Shown here piece by piece: positions 39,122 to 54,500 of a stretch of DNA of 64,000 bases. The stretch's first letter is position 1. The number at the start of each line of letters is the position of its first letter. Source of the stretch: Laetmonice hystrix (Eukaryota); the NCBI GenBank assembly GCA_965235115.1, contig OZ249436.1, positions 38,442,001 through 38,506,000 of the forward strand, given 5' to 3'. A program made the translations under genes and the position numbers. The notes under the pieces were generated by a model. That model did not search any database. It worked only from the letters and a program-made list of their open reading frames with translations, and was not told the origin of the DNA.

Positions 39122-40190
39122 GGGGCAGACCATTTAATAGCGGGGGGGGGGGGGGGGGAGGGTATGGTTTTTCCTTCTGACCAAACTTTTTTTTTGCTTC
39201 CAACAAAAAACAAACAATTTTTTTTTATCCCTAATCAAAAGCAAACAATTTTTTTTCCGAGGTGGCAGAGACAAACTTTTTTTTCCAGGACATAATTCTG
39301 CAGCAACCATTGTGTTATCCCGTAAATTTCTGTTCCACAGACATAGGCGCCGGAAGATATTCACAGGTGGGCGGGGGGGCACCAAATCATAGGTCCCAAG
39401 TTCCAAGTTTTGAAATGCTGGTGATAAGAACGTCGAAGGCGCGAAGTCTCGAGCGGGGGTCTGGGGGCCCTCCCCCGAAAAAAAAATGAAAATTAAAGTG
39501 CCAAATACACGTTTTCCTGGCATCTGGGAACAAAATCTAGGCCCTCTGTCGACGGTCTGACCATCTCCTGCCACCTTGGAGCTGGGGGGAGGGGAACTAT
39601 ATGCTTGCCCCCCAGCTTTTGAGCTGGGGGTGGGGGGGGGGGGTGGGGGGGGGGCAACAGGCCGGTTTCTACATATAACATCTCTACCACAGCCTTAGGA
39701 ATATATGATTGTACTGTAGTCAGCTTTGAACCATGCAGTACTTTTATAATAGACTATGAAACGGATTGGAAGTTCTAATTGTCTTCACAGATTTGTGGGC
39801 TTTCAAATATCTTGTAGTGCAAGCGAATGTCTACATGAAACAATTGATCAAGTTATACATACTAGTATTCAATTGCATGTCATAATTGTTCAGACTGATA
39901 TGTTTTACTCAGTATTGTATAGAGTATGCCTAAATAAAACTGCTGACCGAGCGGAGCGAGGAAAATTTTTAGTCTTCTTTTAATTTTTTAGCAGTTTCGG
40001 GCAGATTTTTTTTTATAAATCTGCTTCCTGTCAACAATCTATTTTTTTTTCACACACATTGCTAAACAAACTATTTTTTTCACACACATTTGAGAGCAAA
40101 CTATTTTTTTGGGTAAACTTGGCAAACAAACTTTTTTTTTACGAAAAAACCATACCCCCCCCCCCCCCCAGCTATTAAATGGTCTGCCCC
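39122..40190. mobile_element. PIF/Harbinger MITE (same family as 30020-30262) expanded by internal insertions
   Basis: TAA|GGGGCAGACCATTTAATAGC ... GCTATTAAATGGTCTGCCCC|TAA; shares ACACACATTGCT(G/A)AACAAACTATTTT interior. Confidence 0.85.
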
Positions 40191-41824
40191 TAAAAGGCTT
40201 TCTGAGCGTTATTGTCGCAGGTTAAGGCGGATTCTGATGTTCAATTTTGGCCAAGCAACGCTGACGCGAATCGCCGAAATAACCCTTGTGTCAGGATTAA
40301 AGGACTTGAAAGACTCGCCCTACTCCTGCAGTCAACAACACTACTTCCACGTTCTTCTCTAGAATTGTGCCAATCATAGAAATCTGTCCACTCGGCACGT
40401 GTCTTTTACTTGTATACCGCGCGTCTTTCGGACATCTTAAACATCTCGCGCAGCTCTTAATTAAGAGAACATTTCCAGTGAATTAGCCATGATATCTGAA
40501 GCAGGTGCGACTGTTTCCAGCGTGTGGCTGTAGCTCACATTGTTCATTTTGCAAGCCGGCGATATTGCATGTAATCCACCGGTGGGATTTTCTTCATTAG
40601 ATACAGATAGGTTCGGTTCAGTTGGCCGTCCCGGCTGTGGGCCACTGCTGAGTGGAGGGTTAGGTCGAGATCACAGTGGCTCCTCCGGCGTTCCGCCGAC
40701 CTCATTAGATTTGAAGGAATTGGATGTCCTTTCGCTTCGAGTGGATGGCTTTCCCATCGGAGCGGTTGACAAGTCGCTGCTAATTACCTCACAAAGCTGC
40801 GGACAGAGACCGATATATATACATCTGATCCATATGGCATTGATTTCTCCTATAGTGGGCCTGTGGATGGAAAGGATTCAGAATGTTAGATCCGGCATGT
40901 ATTAAAAGCATTCTCAATAATTGCAGATCTTAGCACAAACGTACATGAAACACTGCGCACTATTGATATTTTCAGAGGTCACAGCCAGAGAACACGTTAC
41001 TCGTACTGCCTGGCGGTTCAATGTAGCTCTTTTTCTGAAATCCTCACCAAAATAAGCCTTCTTTTCTTTAAAAAGGTTCATGCTAATAAAGTAGGAACGA
41101 ATCATGGTTTAAGCTTTGACAGGTGAAGGCGTTGGGCGAGCCACGACAGTTGCTCCTGGTGCGTTACGGGGGTATGCCTCCCTCCCTTCTGTTGCACAAA
41201 CCGTGTGTGAGGTATACGACCTTCAAACGAAATGCTAAACGGGAGTATCCCAGTGGCAAATTGAGGATGCAGCGGCCTCGTTATCAGTCTGCACTGACTC
41301 TCTGATCCGTTCCGCCTGTCAATGTCTATGTAAATGAGGGCACAGATCAGCTGCTTCTGTGTTCTTCGTATTATTGAACCATGGCCCGAGCTTGTTGAAG
41401 ATCAGGCACTCCGGGCGGGGCACAGCAATGTGAACGCAGCCTTCACCTTATTTGGCTGCGCCTGTCGTCTGCTTTTGAAGAACCGAGGCCGTTTATTTGA
41501 GACGGAAATCCTGCGAGCGGGGAAGGCGGAATGATGAAAAGCTGTGCCGGGATTGTGGAACCTAGGCGTGTTTGTGTGTTTTAAAGCGAAATTGGACCTT
41601 TCCATTAGTAGATTGGATTCATGCTACGAGGGCATTCGCAGGGTAACAGTCATATGGGCGAAGGCTTATGTGTGAGCTCCTTAGGTCTCTAGGATAGAAT
41701 ACATTCAGGTCACATTCAGACTTGAAATCCGTCAGTTCGTAAACAGGCTTACTCTTAAAGTCAAGTCAGTGAGTCGTCAATATAATGATCTCGAAAGCTA
41801 TAATTATTATGTGATGACGCGTAA

Positions 41825-44800
41825 AGGGCGCGGTCCACTGTCCCGATCGTGCCCGATCGGATCGGCACCGATCACTGCAAGGATCGGCCCCCAAATCGTA
41901 CCCGATTACTTGAAACCGATCCTAATGTCCACTGTCCCGAGTGATCGGTACCGATTGAGATCGACCTCGATTGAAATCGGTACCAATCCATGGGCGGATC
42001 CAGGAATTTTTTAGGGGGGCTAACCATCGACCAAAAACATATTGCCTATTCTAAAGCCCTGGCAGTAAAGGCCTAAAATATGTGATAAATATGATCATAG
42101 TTCACGGGGGGATCCAGGGGGGTCACGGGGCCTGGCCCCCTTAATTTTTCCTTTCCCTTCCCCCTTTTTTATGAAGATGCATTATTCGGACCCTGAAACC
42201 AGGATTACAACAAAATGCTTGTACGTGATAGCAGGCCCGTAGCCAGGGGGTGTTCGGGGTGTTCGCATGCCCCCGGACCCCCCTAGCAAGGATTCGCGCC
42301 ATCGCCGCTCGCAGACTTTGCGCCTTCGGCGCCCCTAGAAACGTTGGAACCCCCCCCCCCTACTTGAAAAAGCTGGATCCGCCCCTGCTGCCATTGGCCG
42401 CAATGCTTTGAGAAACTTCACAATTTATATATCTCCAAATGCCAGAAAATAGCAGGGGGATTGCCTTCTAAAAGCAAAAAATTTCTGGGGGAGGTCCTCG
42501 AGACCCCTGCGTATGTTTGCGCTGTTCACCTTCCCTCCGACCCCCCGACGCCGGGCTTCCTGAACCCCCCCCCCCCCCCGAAAATTGGGGGGAGGCCTAA
42601 TTTGACTGCAAACTGGCTGGGAACATCGGTGGTATCATCGAAAGTGGCCCAGCAGGCTTTTCATTTCTATCAGAAAAGTGGTCTCCAGATGCCGGGAAAT
42701 ACCGGGGAGGGGGGGGGGGGGGTTGCCTTCCATATTAATTTTGGGAGGGAGGGCCTTTGGCGCTCGCAGAATTTTATCTTAGCTTTATCTCTGCAACCCC
42801 CTTTCGCAAATGCCTGGATCAGCCCCCCCCCCTAATATCTTGTTAATTACATAAATATTCCCAATCCCATGCAGGGACAGATCCAGGTTGGCGCCAAATT
42901 TGGGGGGGGGGGGGTTGTGACTGCCAAGAAGGGGTGTAGACTCTATGCTTGGTTTAAACCTTACGTCATGGGGGGGGGGGGGGGGGCTTGCAACCGCTTC
43001 ACCACCCACTGGATCGGCCACTGATTCTCGTATAAATACATAAGATAAATGCTGCTTGCATATTTCATTACGTGCAAAAGACTTTTTACCTGGCGTACTG
43101 CCACAGGCGGATTTAGCGGGAGGGGATGGCAGCAGGCTCCCCTGTTCATTAAAAAAACTTTTTTTCAGTTATAGGCCCTCGGCCTAACTAAGATAACACC
43201 TTGCATTTCGTTCTTAGATGCCAGGGAAACGCGGCACTAATTTTCCTTTTTTTCAGACCCCCCTCCCCCCACTCAAGGCGTCGCGTCTTCGGCGCTCGCA
43301 TCGGGGGGGGGGGGGGGGTCCGAAATTCCTGAATCCGCCCCTGACTGCCCTACTCAGAAAGTTCGTAGCTGGGTAGGCTATGATTCAGCCTTGATCATCA
43401 CGGCATACGCCGCGAAGAGGGCCTTGGTTTCTGTTGGCGAACCTCTTGCTCCCTCCCTTCCCCATTGTTTTGGCGACGTTGGTAAGCACCTTTACCGCCC
43501 AAATTAGACCACCTAGACAGAGAAAACCGATGGCAAAAATACCCCTTCTTCTCCATAATACGCAGTGGCGGATCCAGGGGGTGTCGGCGACGTCCGGACA
43601 CCCTCACCCCCCCCCCCCCTCAAATTTGCCAAATTAAATTTTTTATGACCAAAATGCCTTTTGTTTTTACAACGGACCCCCCCCCCCCCCTCGATTTGCC
43701 CTTTTTATGCTGGACCCCTAGGGACCCCCCCCCCCCGACTATAGACCCTAGATCCGCCCCTGAATACGCACCCCCCCCCCCCCTCCTGGCTACGGGCCTG
43801 CCGTACGTCAGACCACTGAGCCATCTAGCGGTGGTTGTAGATACCATCGATCGGGCCCGATTGTAGGATCGGCCCCGACCACATTAAACCGTGTTAAAGC
43901 GATCGGGCCTGTGAAATCATCGGATCCGATCATCTTACATCGGGAACGATCCTTACATCCACTGACTATAGGGCGCGGTCCACTGTCCCGATCATCGGGC
44001 CCGATCTCGACCTACGATCTGATCGGGGGCGATCGTTTGTTACCCCCGATCGATCGTTATAGTGGACGTAAGGATCGTTCCCGATGTAAGATGATCGGAT
44101 CCGATGATTTCACAGGCCCGATCGCTTTAACACGGTTTAATGTGGTCGGGGCCGATCCTGCAATCGGGCCCGATCGATGGTAGACTATAGGCCTACGTCG
44201 CTGGCTCAGTGGTCTGACGTACGGCAGGTCCGTAGCCATTTTTTTTGGGGGGGGGGGGGGGGGGTGGGTGGTGCGTATCAGGGGCGGATCTAGGATCTAT
44301 ATTCAGGGGGGGGGGGTCCTAGGGGGTCCAGCATAAAAAGGGCAAATCGAGGGGGGGGGGTCCGTTGTAAAAACAAAAGGCATTTTGGTTATAAAAAATT
44401 AAATTTGGCAAATTTGAGGGGGGGGGGGGTCCGGACCATTCGGGACTCCCTCGGGCATATGACGTCACTTCCTGCTACTCGAATATACCTCAAAGCATAA
44501 TTTAGAGGCCTGAGCCTAGCTTACCAATAACATGGGGGAGGGGGGTTCTGGAGGTCCTTGCCAGGACATTGTTAAATTTAGAAGGCATAAAAATGCTATT
44601 CCTGGCATCGGGAGATTTTGAACTTTTCATAGGGGGGACTATGGGTCGGGGGGTTATTCGAACACCCCGAACACCCCGTGGTTACGGGCCTGACTGTCAG
44701 ATCCCCCTCTCAGGGGGGAATATGGGTCCAGGGGGTGGTTCGTTCGAACACCCCGAACACCCTCTACGGGCCTGCTATCACGTACCTACACTAAAAGCAT

Positions 44801-45252
44801 TTTGTGGCTGGTTTCAGGGTCCGAATAATGCATCTTCATAAAAAAGGGGGAGGGAAAGGAAAATTTAACCTTGACCAACCTGGATCCCCCAGTGAACTAT
44901 GATAATATTTATCATATATTTTAGGCCTTTACTGCCATGGCTTTAGAATAGGCAATATGTTTTTGGCCGATGGTTAGCCCCCCTAAAAAATTCCCGGATC
45001 CGCCCATGGATTGGTACCGATTTCAATTGGTCGGTACCGATCACTCGGGACAGTGGACGTTAGGATCGGTTTCAAGTAATCGGGTACGATTTGGGGGCCG
45101 ATCCTTGCAGTGATCGGTGCCGATCCGATCGGGCACGATCGGGACAGTGGACCGCGCCCTTATAACGATCGATCGGGGGTAACAAACGATCGCCCCCGAT
45201 CAGATCGTAGGTCGAGATCGGGCCCGATGATCGGGACAGTGGACGGCGCCCT
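41825..45252. mobile_element. Composite Harbinger-like element (copy A) with a second copy of the same family (copy B, 43970-45160) inserted in opposite orientation
   Basis: A: TAA|AGGGCGCGGTCCACTGTCCCGATC ... GGGACAGTGGACGGCGCCCT|TAA. B: TAT|AGGGCGCGG ... CCGCGCCCT|TAT. Long mirrored segments (41825-42230 vs 44800-45160; 43620-43960 vs 44060-44430). Confidence 0.85.
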
Positions 45253-48200
45253 TAAGATACACTACTGTGTCGGGCATAGACAGGAATAGTAAATAAAGAC
45301 TCTACAGGCTTGTTGAATAAATCAGCTACCTTCATATGTGTGCAAGTGGGTCAAGAGAAAACATGAGAAAACCCGAGAACGGCAGGCTGTGGTCCTAACG
45401 TGTCATAATCTCGCCATTTTAGCATTGCGACTCCCATAGGAGCCGGCAACTCTCAACTTCTAAATATTATAATTTCGTAGTTAGGGCGCTTTCATTCTTG
45501 TAACTTACAAAACAAGAGCACCAACCTGTTTTACGTATGAAAGAATACATTTCATGTCTTAGATGTCAAAACTGACAAAAATCTGGTCGATGTTTGAAAG
45601 TGTGTTTTCTCATCCCATGTTAAACCAATGGAGAAATTGTGACGTAACAATCGTTTAGGGACCAACGCGACGCGTTTCGAGGCTATTTCAGGTCATTTAG
45701 GGGTCAAGGACGCGAGACTTGCACGCCCTATTAATAATTTAGGCCTCCAGTTCAAGTAGTCAATAAATGGAAAAATAGGCCTAGTTCCTTTTAGTGAAGA
45801 CATCGAGTGAAACGGGAGGCACAACATTGAAAGATAGGGATATACCAGATTCAGTGTGACAGTCTGTTCATTTCTTACATGTAGGCCTAGGCCTATTAGG
45901 CCCCTATGGCCGCACTAAATTTGTATATTTTTTTTAGCAAATAAACTGATAACATTTCAAGATATCGAGCTTTTCTATCAAACAACTATGAAAACTGCGA
46001 TCTGTCATCAGAACTGACGGAGAAGGGAATAGGCCTATTAAAAAAAAACACAAGTTTAAGAATGTTATTCTTCTGTAAAAATTAACGTTTACACAAGCAT
46101 TGCCACGTAGGCCTACTGGAATATTGAAAGAGAGATTATCCAATGATCAAATACTTGCCTCGTCTTGAAAACAAAATAGCAATCGTTCAAACTAATATAT
46201 CATGGCTAACACGATAATAACTATTGACTGATCGATTACCTGCGTGCCCTCGAGAATCTTCTTTTAATTTCAACCCAATATCCCACAATCTTAGTGCTTC
46301 CACAGATGATGGAACCATTTTCCTCAAGGACTCAACCAGTTGCCTTGTCCCATAGACGGATTTAATTTTTAAAACTACCAATGTAATACATGGCTGGCGA
46401 AATGCTGTTAGTTTGCTTTTATGATCCATTATAATGTACCCCCTCAAGACCTTTTCAAGTTTTACCACAGGGTATAGGTATAGATTTATTTTTAAAAACT
46501 GTGATTCGTAAAAAAAAAACACCCAACGGGCCTATTATCCGCATCTCCGTGTGTAGATTTCAGAACAGTGAAAATTCTGTTTGTTTAGAATTTCAAAATC
46601 CATTTTGTCCATAGATTTTACTTTGCCTAAGCAAATTAAGATGGATAAATAATTCATAAAAATGCGCTGTAGTTGTATAGAGACCCACTCTGCACTCACA
46701 CCAACGTCAAATTTAATCATTCAGAGGCAGGAAAGGGACAATGAAAGTGAAGGTAATAGTGTAGTCTGGCTCAATAAACCAAAGCGAAACATTAGAAATC
46801 CATTTGGCAAGCCACATTACATACCATGGGTATTGTACGTCACGAGTGACGTGAGCAAAGGTCGAAGTGATTATGGAAATCCATGCTTCCAAAAATCCTC
46901 TAAGTGCTGTTGCCAACATTCGTGGTCAAACACCTGATATGACCATGGGACCAAGCAAAGCATGGCGTGCATCACGTTATAAAACAAGCTGAAACTTGAC
47001 CGGGGGCCGTGGCCAGAACACCTGTCACAGACGACATGCTATCTCATATTGCCAACCGACACCAAATAACATTTGCACCCGAGCAAATTAAACTAATGTG
47101 TTTGCAAAAAATGACAATTATACTAAAACGACGAGATGAAATACCGACAACGGCACGATCGACCCGAATATCTGCATCTGCATCATTACACGTCGGCGCC
47201 AATAGAATCGTTGGATTGTCCTATAGCCATGGTAGCGCACAGGGTTCCATGGAAATGGTTTTCATTATAATGGCGAAAAGGGCGAATTGCTGTCCGGGGT
47301 GCAACCACCGCACACAACATTTCAATTCATCGCCCCCACAACACCTCCTCGTCCAAGATCCGGTGGCGCCGTAAAATATCTCACGGGGATAAAAATCAAT
47401 GTTTCATGCGACGCGCACGACACCAGATGCCCTCAGAACGCGCGTCTGGCCACGACTTCCGGTCACGTCGTCAGTCACAGACCATATCGCCAGGGACTTT
47501 GAAATATGAGCGGGACGGTTTCATATTCCCATGGGGCCATACATTTACAACGGCCCTAACGCCTTGATTTGAGGGGAATATTACATTTTATCGCTTGACG
47601 TTTTTTTGTATGCCACACAATGGTTCCGTATTCAAATTATGAGACGTTTTTAGTGGCGGATTTTCTATACTCGGTATTCCTTTACCGTCAACGTGAAAGA
47701 CCGGCCCAACGACAGACTCGCTGTACGTTCTCTGGAGACTGGACGGCTGAATGGGTGTCTGCATTCAATATCAACTCTCTAGTTTATCGACCTTTGAGCC
47801 AAATTACTTGTCGAAGTGGGTTTTTTTTTTTATTAAAGTAGAAGGCAGAACCAGATAAGGCGCCCCGATCAAATAAAGTGGCATTCCGATTTGTTACTTT
47901 CATATCTGGTTAGGAAACCAAAGCTAAGAAGACTTTAAAGCAGAAGTAAACTATACGCAACAGAATAATAATGCCCCTCCCTATAAAATGACCCACTGAC
48001 TGCTTGCAAACATAAACTCCTATGTTTATGGGATTGAATTCGTAGTATTAGCGAAATTACAAGAGATCGAATCATTTTCTAATGTTCAGATACCATTCAG
48101 GAAAAACCTGAAGAAGTATTCACAATAGGAGCACTTGAAACAATATGATTTGATTTTGATATTCTATTTATTATGCCATTATCTTCTATTCCAATAACGT

Positions 48201-50619
48201 TTCCCAATAATGGTTTGCGACCTTCGGTTCACCTTGAACTCTCCCATCACCTATTCACGAATCCAACCCCCTTACCTGGCTCGCCAGAGTTGGCGCCCCT
48301 GTCCCATCGGATCTATACGAGCAGCTTATTGCCCCCGTTAGTATCAGCTGTCCGCCGGTTGGTTTTGTGCGGACAACACGAGGTGACCAACTCCTCCAGT
48401 ATATCGATGGGGTGGTACTGGTTGGCGTGACTCCTCGATCCGATCGATGCAGGGCCCATCCCAGCCGCCTCCCGCCCCTCCCCTCCCTCCCTCCCTCCCT
48501 CCCGCCCTCATAGGACGACTGGTCGCCAAACTCGCCCCCAATATCGGCCCTTCCCGGAGATGTGGGGCTGAAACCGTCCAGGTTGACCCCACTCCAGTGT
48601 GGTCCCAGGAGAAGGTCACTGGAGGACATGCATCAAATGAACATCCAGGAACAACGTTCGCGCTCCAATACTCGACCCTGACTCATCTCAACCCGTAAAT
48701 ACCACCGGACACGAGGGAAAAAACTAATTTACGCCGAGACTTTAAGACGAAGCGACGGGTGGCCACCCGGGTGGTGATACTGACCGACGACAATACATTA
48801 GGCGTCGAATAACGGTGCGTGTAACGAGGCGAGCAATCACCAGGCGACAGCTCAATATCAGAGCTGATCAAATGAAAAGACGACGCCTTTGATGAGAAAT
48901 GACATTTATCTATCTATTGTCTCCACCGGCGGTCGTGATGATTCCGCCCCGTTCTCCGATCGTCAAGGCGACAGCAGCTCCCCCTAGTAGCAAATGGAGC
49001 GAAGGGAGATATCAGCTGTTGATTTAGGCGTCACGGTGCCTCAGGGAGTGAAGGCATTCGGTGTATAACAGTAATAATTGCCCCACCGGAGGGGGAAATG
49101 GCTTACAATGGGACAAAAAGATAGGTTATCTATAATCACTGTGCTGTCCAGAGTGACACAATAGTTCAGGCCCTAGATTTGCGAAGGGCACTGCTGCGGC
49201 AAGATCTTGTCTTCTGAACGCCCCAGAGAATGGGAACGCCATGGGTTCAGTCTAATATATAGTATGACGTATCTCCATATATATGTTAGTATTCGCAGAA
49301 TCATTTTTACGTGTAGAATAAATTGAAATGGGTAACATTGAATGACCTCTAAAGGCCAATAGATCAATTGATTTCGCTCATATTATACGGTGCATTGTCT
49401 CTATAACCATCACCATGCACAATGCATGTTTTCGGTGACCCGCCCTTTTCGCCTTTACTCTCAAATATTCATGTAATCGCCCTTCCAACAGAGCAAGGGT
49501 TCTGCAACATGGATGCCCATCGCCACCCGAAATTACGGAATACAGGAATTCGGGCTTGGATAATGGCATTCCACGTGAATTGGTGTCAATTATAGTCCAG
49601 TCTAGCATATACTGGTGTCGCAATTCATGACCAAGTTTCCATTTTGAATATGCATATAGAATCCGTGGCGACAGCCAACTCCAAGGTGCGGAGAGTCATC
49701 AATATTCCATCTTCTCCGCCATCAAACATACTAAATAACACCCGAACGAGAACGACTCTCCATAATGCCGAGCAATTTCGTCTCCGCATTACTCTTGGCC
49801 ATGTCGGGAGAGCTCCCCAAATCCCGCTCCTAAACCGATTCAGGGTGGTAAGATTGGGAGCAATCAAATATTCATGTCGGTGAGAAACGGCTACAGATGA
49901 CAAATTATATCGGAGGATTTCTACTTGAATTGAAACCGTTTTTCATCTCATATTGCCACTGTAATTCACACCACTGCTTATAGAATCCACGGCCGCACGC
50001 AGCCGTGATTCTTGATTGAAACGTTTGCATTTTTGTATTAATTAACGAAGTGAAAATACCTCACATATCTATATCATTTACAAAGTATGCATACTTAGAA
50101 AATAAAGGTTTTCAGTCACTAAAAAACCAGAGTATACTAAAATGTGTATTTTGTTATGAATATCACGCACGATGAAGGTTTGACAGCGATATGTTCTTCT
50201 GTCTACTTCACGTGTTAGAAGCACAAAGATGACTCAATCCCCCATGATATAAACAGCAGTTCCTGAAGAACCGCAATGTGTTGTGTTACCAATACGGCAC
50301 ACGGTGGAGAGTTGACAGCGATGTTTTCCCCCACCATACCAGACAGATGATGTCCAGGGAAATCCACATATCTCGAAGGATTGACAAGCCTGACAATCTT
50401 CACCACGGAGGCGTGTCTGTGTATTTATTGCATCCGTTTCAACCAAGCTGCTTTATAGCAATGTCACGTCCAGCGATCGTAATCAGCATATGAGGAGGTA
50501 ATGAAACCCTGCTCTTCAGGGACTTGGGACAGAAATGTTGTTTATCTTGACCACGCCGCGGTCTGGTGTCTTCATTTAGCACTCAAATATACCCACCCCC
50601 GATTTCTCCGCTCCGCTCC

Positions 50620-50686
50620 GCCCCGCCCAGCCCCAGCCCAGCCCAGCCCCGCCCCAGCCCAGCCTAGCCCAGCCCAGCCCCAGCCC
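50620..50686. repeat. (CCCAG)n pentanucleotide repeat
   Basis: Direct reading. Confidence 0.85.
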
Positions 50687-50788
50687 ATATAGATTTCAAA
50701 ACAAAGTCTCATTCCATACCTCCGGGTTCCTTCAGTGGTGGCAATCTGATGAGGGGGATCCACCATGAAAACATCTCATCAAACCTCA

Positions 50789-51575
50789 TCCCTATAGCCG
50801 TACCATTAATCCTAACCCCGACCCTTATGTAAGAAAAACTCTTCCCTATCCCTAGCCGTACCATTAATCCTAACCCCGACCCCGATGTAAGAAAAACTCC
50901 TCCCTATCTCCATCCTCCCACGCTCAGGGATGAACCGCTTCCAGTGATTCCCCCCTCGCGACACCACGCCTGATTCTCGTAGGGTCGTGCTTCGCAGCGT
51001 CACCTATAACCGTGCGTTTAGTGACGATATCCCAACCAATCAGATTACAGCACAGTCTGAGGCGCGATTCATAAAAAATAGCTTGCATTTCTGGTTAGCC
51101 AATAGGATCATCCCGAGTAAAGTTGTTGTGCTCGAAGCATTCAATCCAGACAGTGGGAGGAACAACTTTCCCACGAGTCCTACAAACTGTCTTGTCAGAG
51201 AGGGACATATTTGTGTATCAGCAAACTGGGCAAGGCAAAAACATATGCTATGGGGCATTTTCGCGAGAAAGCCTACGCCAAGGGGAAGACCGTTTAGTGT
51301 TACTGGCGAGTCTATGACGCCGATGCCAGGTGCAATTATTATTCATGAGGTCAACCTCCCACGGTTTAGCCTGGGCCTGAGCTCAAGGGGTAGAATGCAG
51401 GATGCCCCTTGACAACTCAAGATGCCCTATCCCTAGCCGTACCACTAATCCTAACCCCGACCCCGATTAAAGAAAAACTCATTCCTGTCCCTCCCCGTAC
51501 CACTAATCCTAACCCCGATCCCGGTTCAATAAAAGTCATCCCTATCCCGCCTAGCCGTACCACTCCTAACCCCTA
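50789..51575. repeat. Dispersed ~53-bp tandem units (CCCTAGCCGTACCA..AATCCTAACCCCGACC) in two clusters
   Basis: About 2 copies at 50789-50900 and about 3 at 51425-51575. Confidence 0.6.
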
Positions 51576-54500
51576 CCACCCATTTAGTTGGACTGTTACC
51601 AAAGATGGCAATAACCCCGCCGACCCACAATTAAGACGTCCCCGTTAGGACCGTAATGAAATCTGGCTCACCACAGCCACACAAAGCGCAGTGATCGATG
51701 GCTTCACGGGCGTCTTTAGAGTAATACCTTGGTTGTTCACTCTGTGACGTGTGTGAACAGGGACGGACTAGGGGTCCGCCCAACACTAACACAGAGAACT
51801 GCATTGTGGCGGAGTCCCCCAGCGTAACGAACTCAACCATCGTCTCCGCCGGTCAGTACACCCTCTCCACAATCATGTTCCGATCACAGCGAACGCCTCC
51901 GACGTCGAGGACTATTTGCAGAACTCCTGTTGGTATCGAGATCATACAATAAGATTACAACGGCTGACGTAACGTCTTGTCAAGGATTTCGAAGGGTTCC
52001 CTCGCTGGGCGACGTCTCGAATCGATTTCATCGGACGGGCAATAACTCACTTCAGTTGATGTGATGAATGTTTATAGTTTTTACCGAGCGACTCAGAGAT
52101 TAGGTTAGGTCCGACTGATGGGAATTTCTAACAGGCAATTGGAAATTTTCTCTAGTGTTCTTTATGAGGATTACGTTACAAGGAGGGCGTTGAATGAGTG
52201 GAGAATCGCGATCAAAGCGGCATTCATTTGGATATTCTAGCAGGCTGGCTAGAATATTCGCATTCAAGACGCCATTGTATTTGTGCTTTAGCAGAATAAC
52301 AATAGATGGTTTCAGCATTATTGTGTTTGTGTTCGAAGCGCGCCATCTCTTACAATCTATATAAGTAATGAGGAACTCTTCCTTAGATTGTGTTCATCTG
52401 TATCGTGAGGATGATGGATTTCCTGGCTCTGTGTACTATAAGGAAGGGAAATAATATGATTAAAGTTACATTCCCGCTGTCTCGATTGTCAGCCCAACTA
52501 ATAATTGAGTCGTTCTGTCTGGGAAAATGAGTGCATGTCATCTTCTTTCAAATTGATATTGGATTTGCATAGAATAGCAGAAATGGACTATTTTTATATT
52601 AGCAGTCGCATTCCAATCATATCGAGATGCTGGGCCTACATATATCTATAAGGTTCTATTCTGTGACAATACTGCGAGATTCAGCCATGGCACTGACTGA
52701 GGTGTCTCCTGACCAGGACACACTGCTGTCTTGGTTATTACCTACTCATCCATATTTATGATTTAGTATTAATTTATATGTACATACAAAAAGAATCAAT
52801 CAAGGATCCATATACCACTCCTCGGTATGCTATGGCTCTGATAGTACGATAGTACCATGGTCGTCCTGTATAAAATAGCAGCTTTCACCGAAGTCGAGTT
52901 GACCTCAGCCTAACCTAACAGACACCTCCAAGAACGACCTCTGGTGGAAAGAATAACTAATCGCAGTTTGAATAATGTACGTGCCAATTTACGATTCCGG
53001 TCGGTGAAATCTTTCTAGAAGACGAGGCGTGATTCATGTAGGCAGCCTCGTTACGGACAGCGGTGGACACGGAAACCTTCCTTAACTATGGAAACACCTT
53101 AACCATGGAAACACCTTAACCATATGGAAACACCACGGAAACAACCACCTTCCTTAACCATGCCAACCCGACTCTGGTGGTCTGCTACCACATCACGCAA
53201 AATCTCGCTTAACCTCGCCCTGCACGGTGTTGTCGTCACGTGAGCAGTGCGGGTAGACGCCTCCCATTTGCCATCCACTTCCGGCTTCGTGGAATGTCAT
53301 TTACTAATCTAGTTGGGGAAGGGCATTACTGAGATGCACGTCCGGCACTGGGAAGTCGATCCACAGCTAATGCTCGAGGTAGGGGGGGGGGGGGGATGAC
53401 AGCGGGCATGGCCAGCGGCCAGTTGTACTGGGGGCATTTTGCAACTCCATCGGTATCCATTACGGCCTAATAAAGGTCGACCTTCTGTATTAAACTGAAT
53501 TCAGACATCTCACTGTATCGTGGGCGTGTGGCCCCAGGGTTGGGTTTCTAAAACAGAAAACTTATCATTTCCGTCTGTGTTCCTATAAGTTGCCCTGTGA
53601 TGGGTCCACGGACCTCTAGGGATACGTCTTCAGGGTGTATTCTATCGATTTTAGTCCAATCTGCACGTGAGGTGAATAGACACCATGCAAACAGGAAATA
53701 TACGGTAGTCTATTAGTGACGTGTGTATCCGATATACTGCACGCAGTGCGTGCATGGCGTAGCCGCAGGTTTTAAGGATAAAATGTTCCCCTTCAATTAA
53801 ACCTGTGGAAGGGGTTCTTGTGCTACCATTGACTTTCTAGGATCTAATATCTCTCACCGTTAGAACCCTCATTGTTAGCACAACCTATAAATTCTTACCG
53901 GTGACATCGGGCTGATAGACGTCTGTCACTGCGTATACAGTAAAATAAGATTCGGTGCGCACCGTTTCGTTCTAACTTGGCACCGTATTGTGATATTTTA
54001 TAAGCAGACCATCTGGCCGTCCCATGATTCTCCGCAACTGTGTGCTACGTCACCTTGTGTATACCAGCATATTGAATAGAAATGCGCACGTGCCCTTCCT
54101 TCCCATCCCTGCTTGGCTACCGTCAGAACATGCCGCGGAAAAAAAATCTACTCGACCAATTATGCCAGGTCTAATGGGGCTTGTTCAGAAAAGTTGATTT
54201 CTGACGAAAAAATGACGATACTCTTGCACCCTTTGTTTATCAATCATTTTCAATGAAAGACGACATCACCAAAACAACAAAAGAGGTTGTTTTTGCTAAT
54301 TTCTAGCGAAATGCCTCTTTAATTTGCAATTTACAAATTTATATCGCCAAATTAACTCTCTCGTATAACCACAGCGAGATGAGACTTGTGTGAAAGGTCA
54401 TAGTGACCCGACAATTGTCAAAATGTTTTAATATTAGATTGACAGGCTTTAGAACTTCTGGTGGATAACATCGGCTAATTCCCAATACTGTCACGTGTTT

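Noticed and set aside
40450..41600. GC-richer unique sequence with short ORFs
   Set aside because: Stops interrupt the candidate frames, no motif is recognised, and no exon chain could be built.
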